A stretch of DNA of 64,000 bases, taken from contig CM082595.2 in NCBI GenBank assembly GCA_040954595.2, positions 705,690-769,689 of the forward strand. The letters are read 5' to 3'. Source of the stretch: Balanoglossus misakiensis. Its lineage: Eukaryota; Animalia; Hemichordata. Under the pieces are notes generated by a model. That model worked only from the letters and a program-made list of their open reading frames with translations. It made no database searches and was not told where the DNA came from. The stretch's first letter is position 1, and each line of letters opens with the position of its first letter. Below, piece after piece: positions 15,149 through 30,100 of this stretch. The translations under genes and the position numbers were made by a program.

Positions 15149-15169
15149 ATGTTGGGAGATTCAAAATGA
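15149..15169 (+). promoter_or_regulatory. Upstream ORF MLGDSK* whose stop overlaps the ATPase start codon (ATGA)
   Basis: ATG TTG GGA GAT TCA AAA TGA lies in the exon starting at 15137 (acceptor ccacag); main ATG is 15166-15168. The ORF is directly visible; function is unproven. Confidence 0.55.
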
Positions 15170-18100
15170 CCGAACTCTCGCACAAAACGTTATCCGATCG
15201 GACAGTCCTGAATGAAGGCACTGAATATGAAATAGTGAGTTATAAATGTTAATCTTTAAACATTTTTGTAGTCAGAAGAAAGAAGGCGTTTTTGAAGTTG
15301 ATAGATGTTAACATTCTCCTTGTTGAATCGGTTTTTGGAACATTTATTTTTTGTGCATCATATGCTAGGTGTGGGTTTGTTGGCACAAACTAGTCTCATA
15401 GCAACACCCGTCACAGCTTCAAATTAGCCATTGAAAGCGAGTAGGGTAACTTTTGACATCATTACTGTCAGTGCAAGCCCAATGATTGCCACATTTCTGT
15501 GACGTAAATTGTTTTAGATGGTACATTATATGTCTAACAGATATGCTTGTGTGCATTTGACACTGTGAAATGGAAACCCTAACGTTTCACCACGACATTA
15601 GTTTTATTCTACGTGCAACATGGTGTTGCAATTAGTGTTGTAACATTTACTATCGACAAATGTCATCAAGTATTACACGTGGTAATATCTCGTTGGAAAG
15701 CGTCCGGTATCTGGGGCAGGTTCTTACCTTTCTTGATAAAAGTATTAGACTGTCATGGTGTGTTAACTGACACTGAAAAGGCTGAGGCTGTGGGGCCTTG
15801 AAAATAAGCGCAAGTACAGAGACCCATCAGTCGATGAAGTATAATCTCTCTTTCTCTGCCTCATTCGAGACCTTAAGCATCACACATGATAACTATTAAG
15901 ATGAAATGAGTTCGATTAGGACAGAGTTGACCTTTGGCCTCTCGGGCTCTGATGACCACAGGCAAGTAATTCCACGGCGTCCAACATCTCCATTGTAAAA
16001 TGTTCCTCTGTTCACTCACTCATGTCGGCACTGAGTGAACTTTTTATTACCGTAAAAACGGACATTAGTATTGTTTTGCGCTGCAAACACCCAACAACTA
16101 CACTCTGGTTGACACAGCTTCATGCATCGCACGTCAACCGTTGACAGTTCGATCACGTAACGCACCATAAGACTTTGGTTGCTCGTCGCAGATTTTTTTC
16201 TGACGAAGCATGTGTTTACAATCCTTGTCCTGGATAATGATCATTTGATATATCATAAGCTATTATGTTGTGGGCAAACATGCCACTTACGGCTGTCTAG
16301 GAATGGCATGGTGATATATACACTCATCATCCCTGTCAGACGTGCGGCAAGCTCACTCTTTGCGTTCACCAGATCACCTCAAAATCATTTTGAACACCAG
16401 CTCTCGCACTGTAAGTGCGCGAGAACCACATTTCTACCTACATAACACCTGAAGTCACTATCAAACACTTGATTTAGCAGTTTCAGATACAAATGACTGG
16501 CCATCTATTTTAGCACACCACTCTGTACATTACAGGGGTATAACTTACTTTAAGTAAGTAGAAGTCAGTAAATTATGGGAACTTGATGAAATCTGACGTG
16601 TGTGTGTGTACCGGCTATAAGCTGTTACTTACACCACTTACTCAAAACTCTACACGTCAGCGCATCGACCAGTATCACATCAAATCTGAGGTTTATGCAC
16701 TGAATGTATCAGTCCCCAAAAGACTGCCTTATATGCCGTAACGTCAACAAAATCCAACTTTGACCAATGTTGCTTCTTTCCAGTCAACATCAATATTGGC
16801 ACTTGACACTTAGAACATTTATGTGAAGATGGGTTAACAACCTGAATCAAGGATAACCAGATCAGTGCCTAATTATGGGATTTCTCCGACTCTGATAAAA
16901 CGATTTGATTCAAATACCGTTCCAATCTCGTCCTGGCAAAGGGATTGTAAAAATCATTTTGACGGATAGCGTTAACGAAAACACATTTCCATTCTATAAT
17001 CCGTCACGTTTTGACTTTCCGAAGTAGACAATTAGCTTTCCGTGGATTAGATAACGCCCACGGCTAGCTTTACTGAAAGCCTTGTACTACTATCAGTTTT
17101 TGGCGGAGTTTCCTTCAAATTTGTAATAATGAATGAATCTAGGTTCGTTGATCTTCAAAAATGTAGTCTTGAAAAGAGTGAAAAACGCCGTCTGACGGCT
17201 ACCAATCAAACAAGTCTCATCAAAATATTGAAATAAGAAATTCACAGTGCGGTGAAAATGCGCAGATTATTTGAAAAGAAAATGGACAACTGAATAGCTG
17301 CTCTTTTGGCGAACAGCATTGTTACTAATTAATTGAGCGTCTGGGAAATGATATGAGAATCTCGACAATTACTGACAAGCGGCAGTCTGTTGATATCATC
17401 CACAATTGTTGTAAGAAGCTGTGAAGCAAATATAATTCGTGATTTATTGAAGTCTTAATTCCACAACGGGCACCACAAGACAGATACCTGGCCGTCACTT
17501 GAATCCCTTTCACTCGCGATACTTAATGACTGACTGTATTCCCTGAGAGTTAATACATTCCCTGGGTATCCATTCACCGAAAAAAATCACACCTCACTTA
17601 TACCTTTTAAACAAGTAAATATACCTTAATCCATCGGTGAACCTCTTGAGACATCAGCAGTGAAGGAAGTCTCGCAATCTAACGTAATCTGTTGGACAGT
17701 ATCTCACTTAATATGGCTCAGCTGGACACCGGTACCGTTTGAGACCACCGGGTTGTGTTCTTTATATGATGCACAAGAGAAGGTCGATAAGTTCGGAACA
17801 AGAACTTCTTGTAATATACGACCTACCAGAGTGAGGTTGAGGGAATTCTCGCAGAGCTTGCCCTGCTGAACTTTGAACAGTGACTTAAAGCGAATATGCA
17901 TGGTGGATTAATGGTTGAAGCTGCAATTTATTATATGTACATAGGGTGATTGAATGATTTACTAACATTGACAGAAAGACATCAATTTTTCACATCACAT
18001 TCGTATTTCTTCAACACATTTTCATCATTCTGTGATTATTTTTAATTCACTGTTTCTTTTTTTATTTTAGGAGTGTTACGGCTACAAGCAAAGTGCAAAG

Positions 18101-21100
18101 TATATGATATTGGTGTATCTGGGAATTTTCTTTTCCTGTGGTATACTGCTGCTCATTTTGTACTGGAAGCCAGAGTGGTCTCTTCTACTTCAATACAACC
18201 GATGCCCATTACACGAAGCGGAGGCTGTCCTATTAAAGGTAGAAACAAGTTACTTCTTCAGTTTCTTTTGTGTATTTCGTCGCAGATCTGATGCCGAGTT
18301 GAGCTTCAAACTTTCAAACGATGCAATCAAAAAGTTCGAATTGATGCAAAGCACCACCACAAGATCTCTTGGGAGAGTTTACAAGAGATCCACTTTCAGG
18401 AGATCACTAAGAATAACACGGGGCGCAAAACACAGTCTATTCATCGTATTTTTTTACATACCAAAGTTATCCCGATCAAACAGGCGTAGTTGTACGCTGT
18501 GCTTCCGCAGGGACATGTGACTGTTGCCATAGTCAGATTTAGATTGACTAAGCGTCCCACTGAGAATTGTCCGGCAAAGTACAAAACGCATGAAGAGAAT
18601 ACTGAATTAGGGACCGAGCTTTGCCAATGGATTGTCGGGATCGATTTAGTTTATCCATCTAAAACATTTGCCAGTGATTCCACACCTGATCCTTCTCTGT
18701 TTCCCACTTGGCTTCTGGACAGGAGTGAATCATCAACTTTGTCAGTTGAAGTCTGAGATTTTCAGTGCTCTTCGACTTTTTTCTGCACGCATTGCATGCA
18801 TGGCCGACTGAAAACTTTAACTCAGACAAGATATCACCAATTTATAAGATTGAAATAGAAACTCGATTTGCTCAGACCAAATGTATGATACGCTGAGTTG
18901 CAAAAACAATGTAAAACCAACCAAGACTATATTTTAAGATGCACTACCCCCCCCCCCCCCCCCCTTCATCGTTAGCTGAGGTTTGCGGACTTGGTATTTC
19001 TGATCAGAAAATGTTTACATCATGTCTGTGTTTTTCCATTTAATCTTGCAAATGTAGTGGTGCTTGATGAGAGGACAAGTTCATCCACTGTGATTAAAAT
19101 TGAACTTGTCTGTTAATCCATTTAGTCTGTCTTGCTTTAACTGATCTATGCATAACCTCAGCGATTATTGACGCTCTTAAAAGCCAGGATTACAGTAAAA
19201 CCAATGTGGAAAGCAGAAACCCATTTCCTGCACTTAAGATTTCCTGTGCTCAACTCTAAGATGCACCGCTCTTTCCACTTGTCTGAGCTCGTTCATACTT
19301 TCTTGCAAGGTTGTGTCAAAATAACACGCTAGACAACACGCCAAATTACCCGCTTTCCTCCAGCCGATTAAATATTTACATCGAACATTAAAAAGGAATA
19401 CACATCCAATTAATAATGTAATACCCTTCGTGAACATTGATTTGGACACGCTCCAGTGGTTTGCCGTCCGGGTTTTCTACACTCCAGAAGACAATTTGTT
19501 CGTGCCTGGAAATTTTTTCGTCGCCACACACTGATCTGTCATCGGGCTATTCTATGATATGAATTAGAGTGATATAATCCGATAATTTGATCAAATCTAG
19601 TCGATTTGTCGTTACTATTAGTCAGTCTTTCAGTAATCTACAAATCAGAGTAAACGTTGTTGGTGAAACAACAGTCGGCAACTTTCCCCAGCAAAGCCGC
19701 GCATCTGAAACAAAAGCACGCGGTGATTGATTCTGAGTACAGATCTAAACACTAAGCTATCGCCTTAGGTGGCTTACATGCAAATGTAAAACCACCTGCC
19801 CATAGCAATTGCTTTGACATGAAATACTTGCAAAAACACAGTATTAATTAAAAACAAATGGAGGAAATTAATCTCCATATGGTTCCCTGATAGCTGGTCT
19901 TGCTAACACTGTCACGTTCTGCCTGTGTAAATAAAATGTGAAGGTATTCACAGTAATCAATACAGTCATGCATGATTTTTCTGCGTTCACTCCAACGATA
20001 AGTATTTCGTGAATTTAATTTCGATGAAATTCTTTGTTGCAGGATATCTATAGGAGATGGCACATCGCCAAGATTGAGAGAGCAAACGTTGAACTACCCG
20101 AGTAAGTCCCTTTTGTTCACTGTCTACTTTTTTTATTTATAGCATATCTGAAGCACGTTTTGTGATGAGGCTTGAAGAAGGCTATAATATTCAATGTGAT
20201 TTATTAGCTCTGTTAGATCATGCTAGTATTTATTTCAGCGAGTTGAAATTCTCCCAGCAAACAATGTACCCGGTCGGTCTAAACTCATATTTCACCAAGT
20301 ACTGCCTAAAATACACTCAGTCCCCGTCAGTCTTAATTACTAATTTGCTACATAAGTACATAAATCAAGTATCACTAGAGCAATGAGCTTGTGGGTATTT
20401 GCTTACCAAACTATAACCATCATTTGATTGTATGTATGCCGCTTCAATAGGAACCAACACTGCTGTAAGGCAAATTTACAATGCCAGTTCATCACACTGA
20501 TCCCTTGACGGTGTATGTATCAATTACTCCTCTATGCAGACACATTATCAACTTCAATCCGACTGAAAAATATTTTCCAAATATATAGTAAAGTTTAGGG
20601 ATATTTATATCACCATTCCTGTGTCTGAAACTCATGTGGTTTCAGTGGGTCGCTCATGAGATTCTATCACAAATCTCCTGCACTTGTGTACACCCTTGAA
20701 CCTGATAATACGGGATCCTAAACAGGCCAGCCGCGGTAGAAAAAGTTCCCGGTGAGAACCAGACTCACCCAATTCAACCCCACCCCACAAACTCATACGC
20801 ACATACACATGTGCAAATATTGAGAGGAAAAGTTCACATGTAATGTGGCTATGACTTCCATATAATCAAGAACTGGTCACGATTGCTTTCCCTGTTGATA
20901 CATGATCTTTAATTAAAGTAACAAAATCGCCATTTGCCCGGGGACTTTCACGATCATATTTTTGGATGGAATTTGTCTGTAATAAGTACCGCATCAGTAA
21001 CATGTGTATTCTGTTACCCTGACAACTTCTGATTGCATTTCGAGCACGATACAGATTTAGGAAATTGGCCTTGACTTTCACGGCGGTCTAATTATGCAAA

Positions 21101-24100
21101 TTAATATTCCTGATGTCAGTTCAAGTCAAGAAGATTTCATAGTCTGGTACAGTGGTAGTCTTTGAGCGAAATGGCGAAATTCAAAACCGTGGAAAACATC
21201 TTCACAGGCGCAAAAATGACTATTCACATCACAAGAACTCGATGACACCAACAATATTTTAGAATAACATTGATGGACGTTTGCTCATCCGCTCTCCCAT
21301 TGAAGATGGCACGTTTCCATGACAACAGGAACGAACATCCTGAGTCGCTATTGTAATGTATCTGGCGATATTTAAGTTAAATAATCAAGCAAGTCAAATT
21401 GTAAAGCAATCAGAGTACATATGTCGCAATTTCCGATGCTTGCGACTTCCTTCTCTCATTCCAAGTGGCGATCAAATATTCATCATTGTTGGAGTTATGC
21501 CGGAAATTTCATGAGTACAATTTATGTAGATTTATGGTTTGTTGGGAGAATTGATTTTCATTAGGGTTTCATTTGTTTTGGAGTGGATGATTTGGAATGC
21601 AGTCAAGCATTGAAGTTGAAATAAGTAAATGTCTGTTACGTCTATGAGGGTATTTGTGGCAGGCAAAGTTTGGGAAATAAACGAACGTATCTCGAGGATA
21701 TCTCTGTTGCTATAGCGAGTAATATAGCTCCGCATTTTGAAAACAAAGTCCACATTGACTATAAAAAATATCTATTAACCTAGTTTTCCAAGTTGTTTCA
21801 TGAAATCATTGAGAACGAGATCTAGCACACGCTTGCCTAATACACGTTTCGCTTGCCACTATAGTGATTGAACTCTTGACATTGTTGTAATCAAATTAGC
21901 GGATAATTTATCACCAGTGGTGCACATATTGATATGTTCGTAACTTTCCTTTGAGACTAGTACCTTGTGTATGACGTTTGAACTCAATTATGACGCCGTG
22001 TGGAGCTTGCTCCTTTAAAGTACACACACAAGGCGACCTTTTGGGGGCGAGACAACAATTGCGCGAATATGGAGAGAAAAATTACCACAAAATGACGTTC
22101 GCCAACATCATGCCAATTAGAGTCTATATTAAGGATGTGTGTAGTTTTCAAGTGCATGCGTAGTCGTGTTTTTACCACGTCACAGAATTTGAGTGTGGAA
22201 GCATTTGAAAGTGATGCACTGCAATGGGCGATAGGACATTCTATGGTTCTCTAAATGACAGATTCAATTACATCCCGCGATTGATCATAATACCCAGTCT
22301 TCAATAGTATGATAAGCATAAAGCGTACTGAGTCGTGTTACCGGGATGGACGTAAAAGGAAACACAATTCCATCCAGACTCTAAACAATGTCGTTTAATC
22401 AAGGGTCACACCAGGTTCAAATATCAAACATAAAATTCGATGTTCACAGTTTATAACGTGGCTCATTTGCGTATCAGTTTTCCCAGCAGACATAAATTTC
22501 AGTTGTCTCACACGTCCGCATAAACGTATTATACAAAATATGATTAGTATGACGTGATTGGCATGCAAAGTGATGTTGAGGATCTAAGGCTGGTTGCGAA
22601 ACTATCCCTATCCACTCCGAATGAACTCTGACCTTTTGGCTGAGTGGAAACGGCAAAATTCGAAACATTACCTTCAGTTGCAGTCCGCGTGAATAGACAT
22701 GGAGAAATCAAGTATGCATACTTGTTATGTATTTTAAAATTTAATTGACACAAGAAAACAGCACTTCAAACATTTTGATGCCTGATTTAACCGCAAAATC
22801 ACTAGAGCGGTTTAAATTCAAGGTGCCCTTCATAACATCTTCACAAAATGCATTTTTTGCAAATTCCACGTACACTACACGTTCCATTTGCATACTGGGA
22901 AGCTATACATATTATGTGGTGGGTTTACTGGTTTTGGATGTATGTGTACCTGTTATTTGCAGTTTCCAGTGACTGGGCAGGAAGGGGGAGGGGTGTAACA
23001 TCCGTTAAAGTGATTCAGAAGTACAGGTATTGAAAGAAAATGGATTGACCACTTTTAATAGCGTGAAAGGAACCACGAGGAAACATTTAATAATCGTCCT
23101 CGAATGACAAATCAAATTGTCGAGATGTAAAACAGGTTGACGTGCAGGTGCACTGCGAGCGGCAATGTTCACAGGACCATGGCCAACAGATCACAGTGTG
23201 ACGTCATCGCTCGCCAGATGGGAGAGCCGCCATCTTGATTTGTCAGTGATGTGGAAAGTGACTGTTGATGGAATACCAAAATCACAAAGCCGATGAAAGT
23301 TTGATGAGGGCCTTGAATAATGCATGTTAATCGATTTCCTGGACTTTTATGCTGGAATTCCGGAATTGTGACTGTTCGAACATTCTTTGAAATATGTGTG
23401 TGCGGCTCGGGAGTCCAGTCGAGTCGCGAATAGTCAGAACTCGACTTGTATGCTTCCAAGTCCCAAAACTATAATGTGGTTTTCATGGTTTAAACTAGCA
23501 ATAAACTAGCTACCATGGCTGTTACCATATCTAAGGCTCAGTGAACGTGGAAATTCAATTTATAAATTAGGAGTGTGGTGGTTTATATAACATATCATAC
23601 ATTACTTCAAGTATAAAGCAAATATTAACAAAACTATGTTGTGGCGAAAATGATCCACCAAGATGCAGATACTACTAGCGGTTAATGTACTCTGACTTTT
23701 ATTTTTTGTTTCAGCGATGCGACATTTAATATCAGGCGATTCCGTCAGCAAAGGACGCCCTCAGACACCCCGACTGAACCAGTCAGTGATGGGTTCTCCA
23801 AGAAAGAGTCACTGGTCACGGGAGATAAAGTACACGCTAATTCGGAGACAGTTCCAAGCGCCACTGTGAGTTGGTACTTTCCATCCTTTGGCTTTTTTGT
23901 TTTGTTTGTTCAACTGAAAATGAGACCCATGTTTAGGGATTTATCTTGGTCAAAGCAGTATCTTTCACCTAATCTTCATTTTCTATGTCATGCTACCCAA
24001 ATACTATTCAACCAAAATGCCATCATCCTTGTCTGATAATTCCACACTCAACAGGACTTTGCAGAGGAAGAGGTGAACAACAAGCTGCGCTTCTTCCGCT

Positions 24101-27100
24101 ATCAGAAAATCAAATACCTCTGGGATTCAAACATGCAGGATTTCTATTGTCTTAGGTACGTGTATGAGTATCACTAACTGTTGAAACGCAGAGATCAGTT
24201 ATGGAGGAAACTGAGGAAGGAATGCGGTAACACGCAATAAAATAAAGATGACATAACACAAAATATCCAACAGACTAAAAATCACGTGATTGGTGCGACT
24301 TATGTTGAATTTGACGTCATATATTGCTCATAATCGCTCAAATTATAAAACTCTTTTTGACTCATTTACAGGGGATTGGATGCAGACACTCCTTGTGAAG
24401 ACTTTTACCTCAAGTACAAAGGCTTTTCAGAAATAGAACAGGGCAAACGGTAAAAACTCTATCATTTCTTTTCCGAAACATCTAAGTGGTTGTCATAGAG
24501 ATGTTACAAATTCATGTGGCGTTTACATATTATGTTCAGACATACGTAACATTTCATCTCAGAGCACACACATGACACAATAACTTTCTTTTTATAATTT
24601 TGTAGAGCTGAACTGTACGGATTGAACAAAATCGAAATCAAGCAGAGATCAGTTCTGTTCTTGTTCGTTGTTGAGGTAAGGTCATAACTATTTTATAATC
24701 GTTCGGTATTTTATAATCGTTCATTTGGTAGTCGCAATGACGTGCAACATATTGAACCCTACTTCCAGTTGCTTAAATAGTTTCGCAATACAGTAAAAAG
24801 ATAACACGTACTCACATCTTTGATCTACATCACATATTCAAATCAACAACTTGTTAACATCTAGCCACAACTATGGTTGACGGAGTAATAATGCAAAATA
24901 CAGTAATTTCAATCGTAAAATACCGAAGTTCACCTTTACTCCTTTTCATTTCAGGCGTTGAATCCGTTTTACATCTTCCAATTATACAGCGTGTTACTAT
25001 GGATCATAGGATATCAATACTATTACTTCTCTGTTGCTATTGTCGTCATGTCTATAATCTTCATCAGTGTGGCCGTCTACACCACTAGAAAGGTAATGCA
25101 AGTCAAACAGCCAACCCAGTTATGTTGGCATGTCCCCTAACGGGTCTGCATACGTCATCTGGTTAGCGCTAATTGGGCAATCATGTATGACAAGAAGTGC
25201 GCCTATTATAAGTCAGATTCAAGTTGACGATTTTTTTTCAGCGATTTTATTACTGACTGTTTACCGTATCAAAATCTCTTTGACTTAAAACCACATTGAT
25301 TTCGTGAAATTTGCTTTTTTTAATCATTGTTTGTCATCTTTCAATAGCTGTCAAACATGTTGCGAAAGATGGTAGAATCTTCAACCACAGTCAAAGTTAT
25401 GAGACGAGGAGGAGGTGGGTTCAATTGAAGTTCTAGTGACGCTTTCTATCTGCTATTCTCACCAATTTAAATATGTTTTTGTTAATTACAAAGTCATAAA
25501 ATACAAGTAACATGTCTCAAACTCTTACAACATACAGTGGACTAAAATTCACAACGTATCTTGTAAACTTCCTTGTTTTTATGCGACTAGTTTGTGAAGA
25601 AATTAACGAACAAAAACTGGTTCCTGGTGATGTACTTGTGATGCCGTTAACCGGATGTATGATGACGTGTGATGCTGTCCTTACTTCTGGAACGTGTATT
25701 GTCAACGAGAGTATGCTGACAGGTATGTTGGCAAATTATATGACATGGATTGTCTCCTCCTCCTCCTCCTCCCCATCATCATCATCATCATCATCATCGA
25801 TGTAATCATCGTCACCATCATTATCACCACCCCAACCACTTTTACTATTACTAACACTATTACAATTATCACTAATCTTACAGGGGAGTCGGTACCAATT
25901 ACAAAGACCCCTCTTCCGTTCGACCCAGACTGTGCAAGGGAAATCTATAACGCAGAAAACTTCAAACGACACACATTATTTTGTGGAACTGACGTCATCC
26001 AGTGCCGCCGAAGTGGTGATGAGTTCGTCAAGGCTGTTGTTGTCAGGACAGGTAACAACTTCCAACCCTGCTATGTATTCCTTGATACATGAAGTCAGTT
26101 TGTGAGTTTTTATATACATTGTATTATTTATCTCTATTACAGGATTTTCAACAGCAAAGGGTACCTTGGTCCGGTCTATCCTTTACCCGAAACCAATGGA
26201 CATTAAACTTTTCCGAGATGCAATGCGATTCATTGGCGTTCTTGCCTTGATAGGTAAGGACATTTCACTGATGGGGGTGTTTTTGTGACCACATTCTGTA
26301 TTGTCAACTTTGAATCTGCATGCAGTGACTGAAATTTGATAATGATGCTGTTGTACTTTGTATTAATCATCCACTTATATCTACCCACCATTTTTGGAAC
26401 TCAAATATTCTCTGTATATTCTCTCTTTCAGCCTTGATTGGATTCATATACATCATCACTATAAAGATTCTCCATAATGTGAGTATATTTAAAGTTCTTA
26501 ATTTGTAGCCAAGCATATTTAAAGTTCTAAATTTGTAGCCAAGCATGAAATGTTCTATTTTTTCTCTCTGACCCTCAGGCGACAATAAAAGAAATTGTTA
26601 TCAAGTCTCTAGACATCTTCACAATTGCTGTACCACCTGCCTTACCAGCAGCACTTACAATCGGCATGGTGTATGCACAAAGACGTCTCAAGAAGAAAGG
26701 AATATTTTGCATCAGTCCACAGCGAATCAATATAAGTGGCACTTTGGATATTGTGTGCTTTGATAAGGTAAAGTTTCTATCAGTCTCTTTCTGTTTGTAA
26801 ACGCCATCGCCGTAAACAACATGCCTCTTTGCAGCAATAGCTACTGGCTTGCATTATTTTTGTGGAGTGGAAATAGTTGGCTCTCTGGCTATGGCATGCA
26901 GATAGAAAGTTACAGCCAGATCTGGATTTACATGAGTGTCTAGGGTTATTTCCAAGATGGCGTAACTCCATTTCTTCACTGTTGTCTTGCCAACAGACAG
27001 GCACCCTGACAGAAGATCACCTACAACTTCTTGGCGTGGCGCCAATCACCAACGGCAGGTAATCTTGAGATTTGTCTCATTCCAATTTAAGATTATTTAC

Positions 27101-30100
27101 GTCTTTATCCCTGAGCAACACCAAAATCTTGGAGAATGTTTGGTGATATATACTAAGCACCGCTTTTCTTCTCTAATGACCTTCACGTAGCACCTTTCTG
27201 GAAACCATTCTATGGGATACCTTGGGCAATCTGATTGGGTTAACAATTTCACGTGATAATGGTTAGCCATTCACATTGCTTGAAGTATCACATGGTATCT
27301 ATAACATAACACAAGCGGGACAAGATGGCGCCGACCAACGCCTACTATCTTTCATTTGTCTAATTTTAATTTCTCATAACCCTACCTTAGTTTATATTCA
27401 TTCTCAATAACCTCCTCCAGTCGTCAATTATTTCTATCAATTAACATTATCTGTCTTGTGTATATTCCTCTTTCTCCAGTTTCATCCTCGTCCATCCTCG
27501 CTCGCATGTCTCGTCTTTCATCTTGTATTATTAATTCACTTGCAGTGCTAAAACTACAATGCCTGTAAAATTAAACACTGGCCAGGAAACAGAAAGGTTT
27601 GGACTTGCGACTAACTTCTATCATTGCGCCACTTGGCGTGTTGGGTATCAACTTTTTTGCACCAATTGAAGCTACTTTTAAATAACACTTGCTCGTCCTT
27701 TACAAAACAGCAGAAGATCTTCTCTTTAACACTCAGTCACCAGCTCTCTTTCCATGTGACAAGATTTTGTGGTTGATTTTCTTTTCACCATTTATCGACA
27801 AGATGTTGGGAAAGAGAATTGTGTCATGTGACTTGCTATCTATTCTGATGTCATCACTGCGAACACAAAACATCGAACTACACTTAAGCAGGGGACGAGA
27901 AAGTAAAAGCAAAGCACAGAGCTTCAATCACCATGTTATCACGACACTATTTTTGCATAAAGCGTTAAACTAAGTATTTATATTTCCACAGCGCTCACCG
28001 CATTTCTGTATTTGGGGCTGTGCAATTTGCATATGAGCAGCACAGTCGATGAATTTTTCTGCGATTGACTTTTGATGTTAAACATTCAAACGCCTAGTTT
28101 CAATTTTATTTGAAGTCTTTGCTAAATGCTTTTTCCTTTGCTTTTGCTATCTCAAATAATAATGCTTCCCTTTTGTTGCGCTCAAAGTTACATTCATATC
28201 AATTGCTACCGTAAGTATTTTGCTGCAGCTAACTTGCCAATAAACAGTTTTCATTCTTTTTCAGCATGGCGCCGAAGTTTAGTTTTTTGCACACATTTTC
28301 ATCTTGCTGTAATAACCATTTTACGCTGTTTGCTTCTATGATGTTATATCTGTAGTAATAGTTCTGTAAACAGTGTAACACAGTATATCCTCATAGAATG
28401 TGTTACCTGTAACCAAGCAACTATAGAATATCCATGGTAACATGTATCTATCATTGACAGTTTTGTACTTGTTGAGGACCCGAGTAAACTCCCAGACGGA
28501 CCAGTTCTTCATAGTATGGTTACCTGCCACTCGCTTACTCTCATCGAAAAACAACTGAAAGGTGACCCATTAGATCTGCAAATGTTTGAGGCTACAAAGT
28601 GGGTGAGTATAGGGGGTTGAGAAGGGGGGTGGGGAAAGCCTATCATTTCTATTTCAACTGTTCTGAGTGTGGTTATTCTAAACTCACACATCTTACAATA
28701 TACTGCATTGAGTAGCCTGAACTGTAAAACGCCTATCATGCAGTATTGAATCACGGTTTACCCAGAGTGCCTGAGAAGCAAATTATGGTGTCAACTTCGA
28801 TAAGATTTGCAGGCGAAAACTTCCTTATTTAGACCTAGAATAGTGATGGATAACTCTAAATGTTATAAACTCGTTTTTGGTTTCAGCATCTCAAAGAACC
28901 AGTAGAGAATGAGCGAACAAACTTCGACAATTACATGCCAACTATAGTGCGATCGAAACCATGGGTGGAGGAAACATCTTATGGTGAAATCCAACACGCT
29001 GGCACACCACCAGAAGATAGAGTAAGTCTATAATGGAGAATCATTTGATATCTGGGAAAGGGGTGGAGAATTTGGGTATGCCAGCAATTTTTTTCAGCCA
29101 CTATTACACTAATTTTTTTATTGTCAGTACACATTTTTCCACGATGCATTGCAGAAGAATTTGTTTTCTTTGCACCATCTGTCAACAGAATTTTCCCCCC
29201 AAAATCCTCCACTCCTAAACTAAATGGTTCTCCCCATTATATTTGTGACCTAGCATGGGCTTTGCAGGTGTATCAGGGTAGTTCACTGACAAAGATGAAT
29301 TGTTTCATTGAATATAATACAATTTGAGCACAATTCTAAGTAGTGCTGCGTTGTAACAATCTCTTCAAGTTTCCACAGCACATCCGAAATAGTCAACACA
29401 GTTTAAATTGTTCAAGGATCAATGAATTAGACTATCGACTTGAAGTCGCCTCCAAATTGTTTGTATCGCATTCACACAAGAGATTTTCACTTTCTGAACA
29501 GGCGGGAACGGAAATCGGAATCATTCGACAGTTCACTTTCTCGTCTGCTTTCCAACGAATGAGCGTCATCACTCAAGCCCACAATTCCGGCACTTTTAGG
29601 ATATTTGTGAAAGGAGCCCCGGAGAAAGTGGTTTCCTTGTGTGATAACCAGACAGGTAATAATATATCTCCATCATGTCTGCATGTATTCAAGCTCCTCT
29701 TGGATGTCGTTTGGCAATTGTTCCCATAACTGCTACAGAGATACTTGCGTGCAAACATCACATGTTTTGTTATTGAGCGTAATTAGTATAGACACATGCG
29801 TGCAAATGGTAATGATTAAATTTGTCAACTCTGATTACTTTCTATATCAACATCAGAACAAAATGGACCTTTTAATTGTGTTTTAATGAGTTATCAATTC
29901 AATGACGTGTGACTGTAAAATCCATTGAAAATGCTGTGTGGTTATTACGTGACATCGACAACTGGAAATGTGATGTGCTCACGACGAATAGGTAAATGAG
30001 AGCTGCTTGATTGGTCCAGTGGTTGCATGTGACATAGCCGATACCCAATTGTAAGTCGATGGGGATAATGATGTCCAGCTGCGTTGAGAGGCAGTTGGCA

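Noticed and set aside
23175-23520. Segment bounded by ACCATGG as a possible non-autonomous transposon
   Set aside because: No extended TIR or target-site duplication could be verified.
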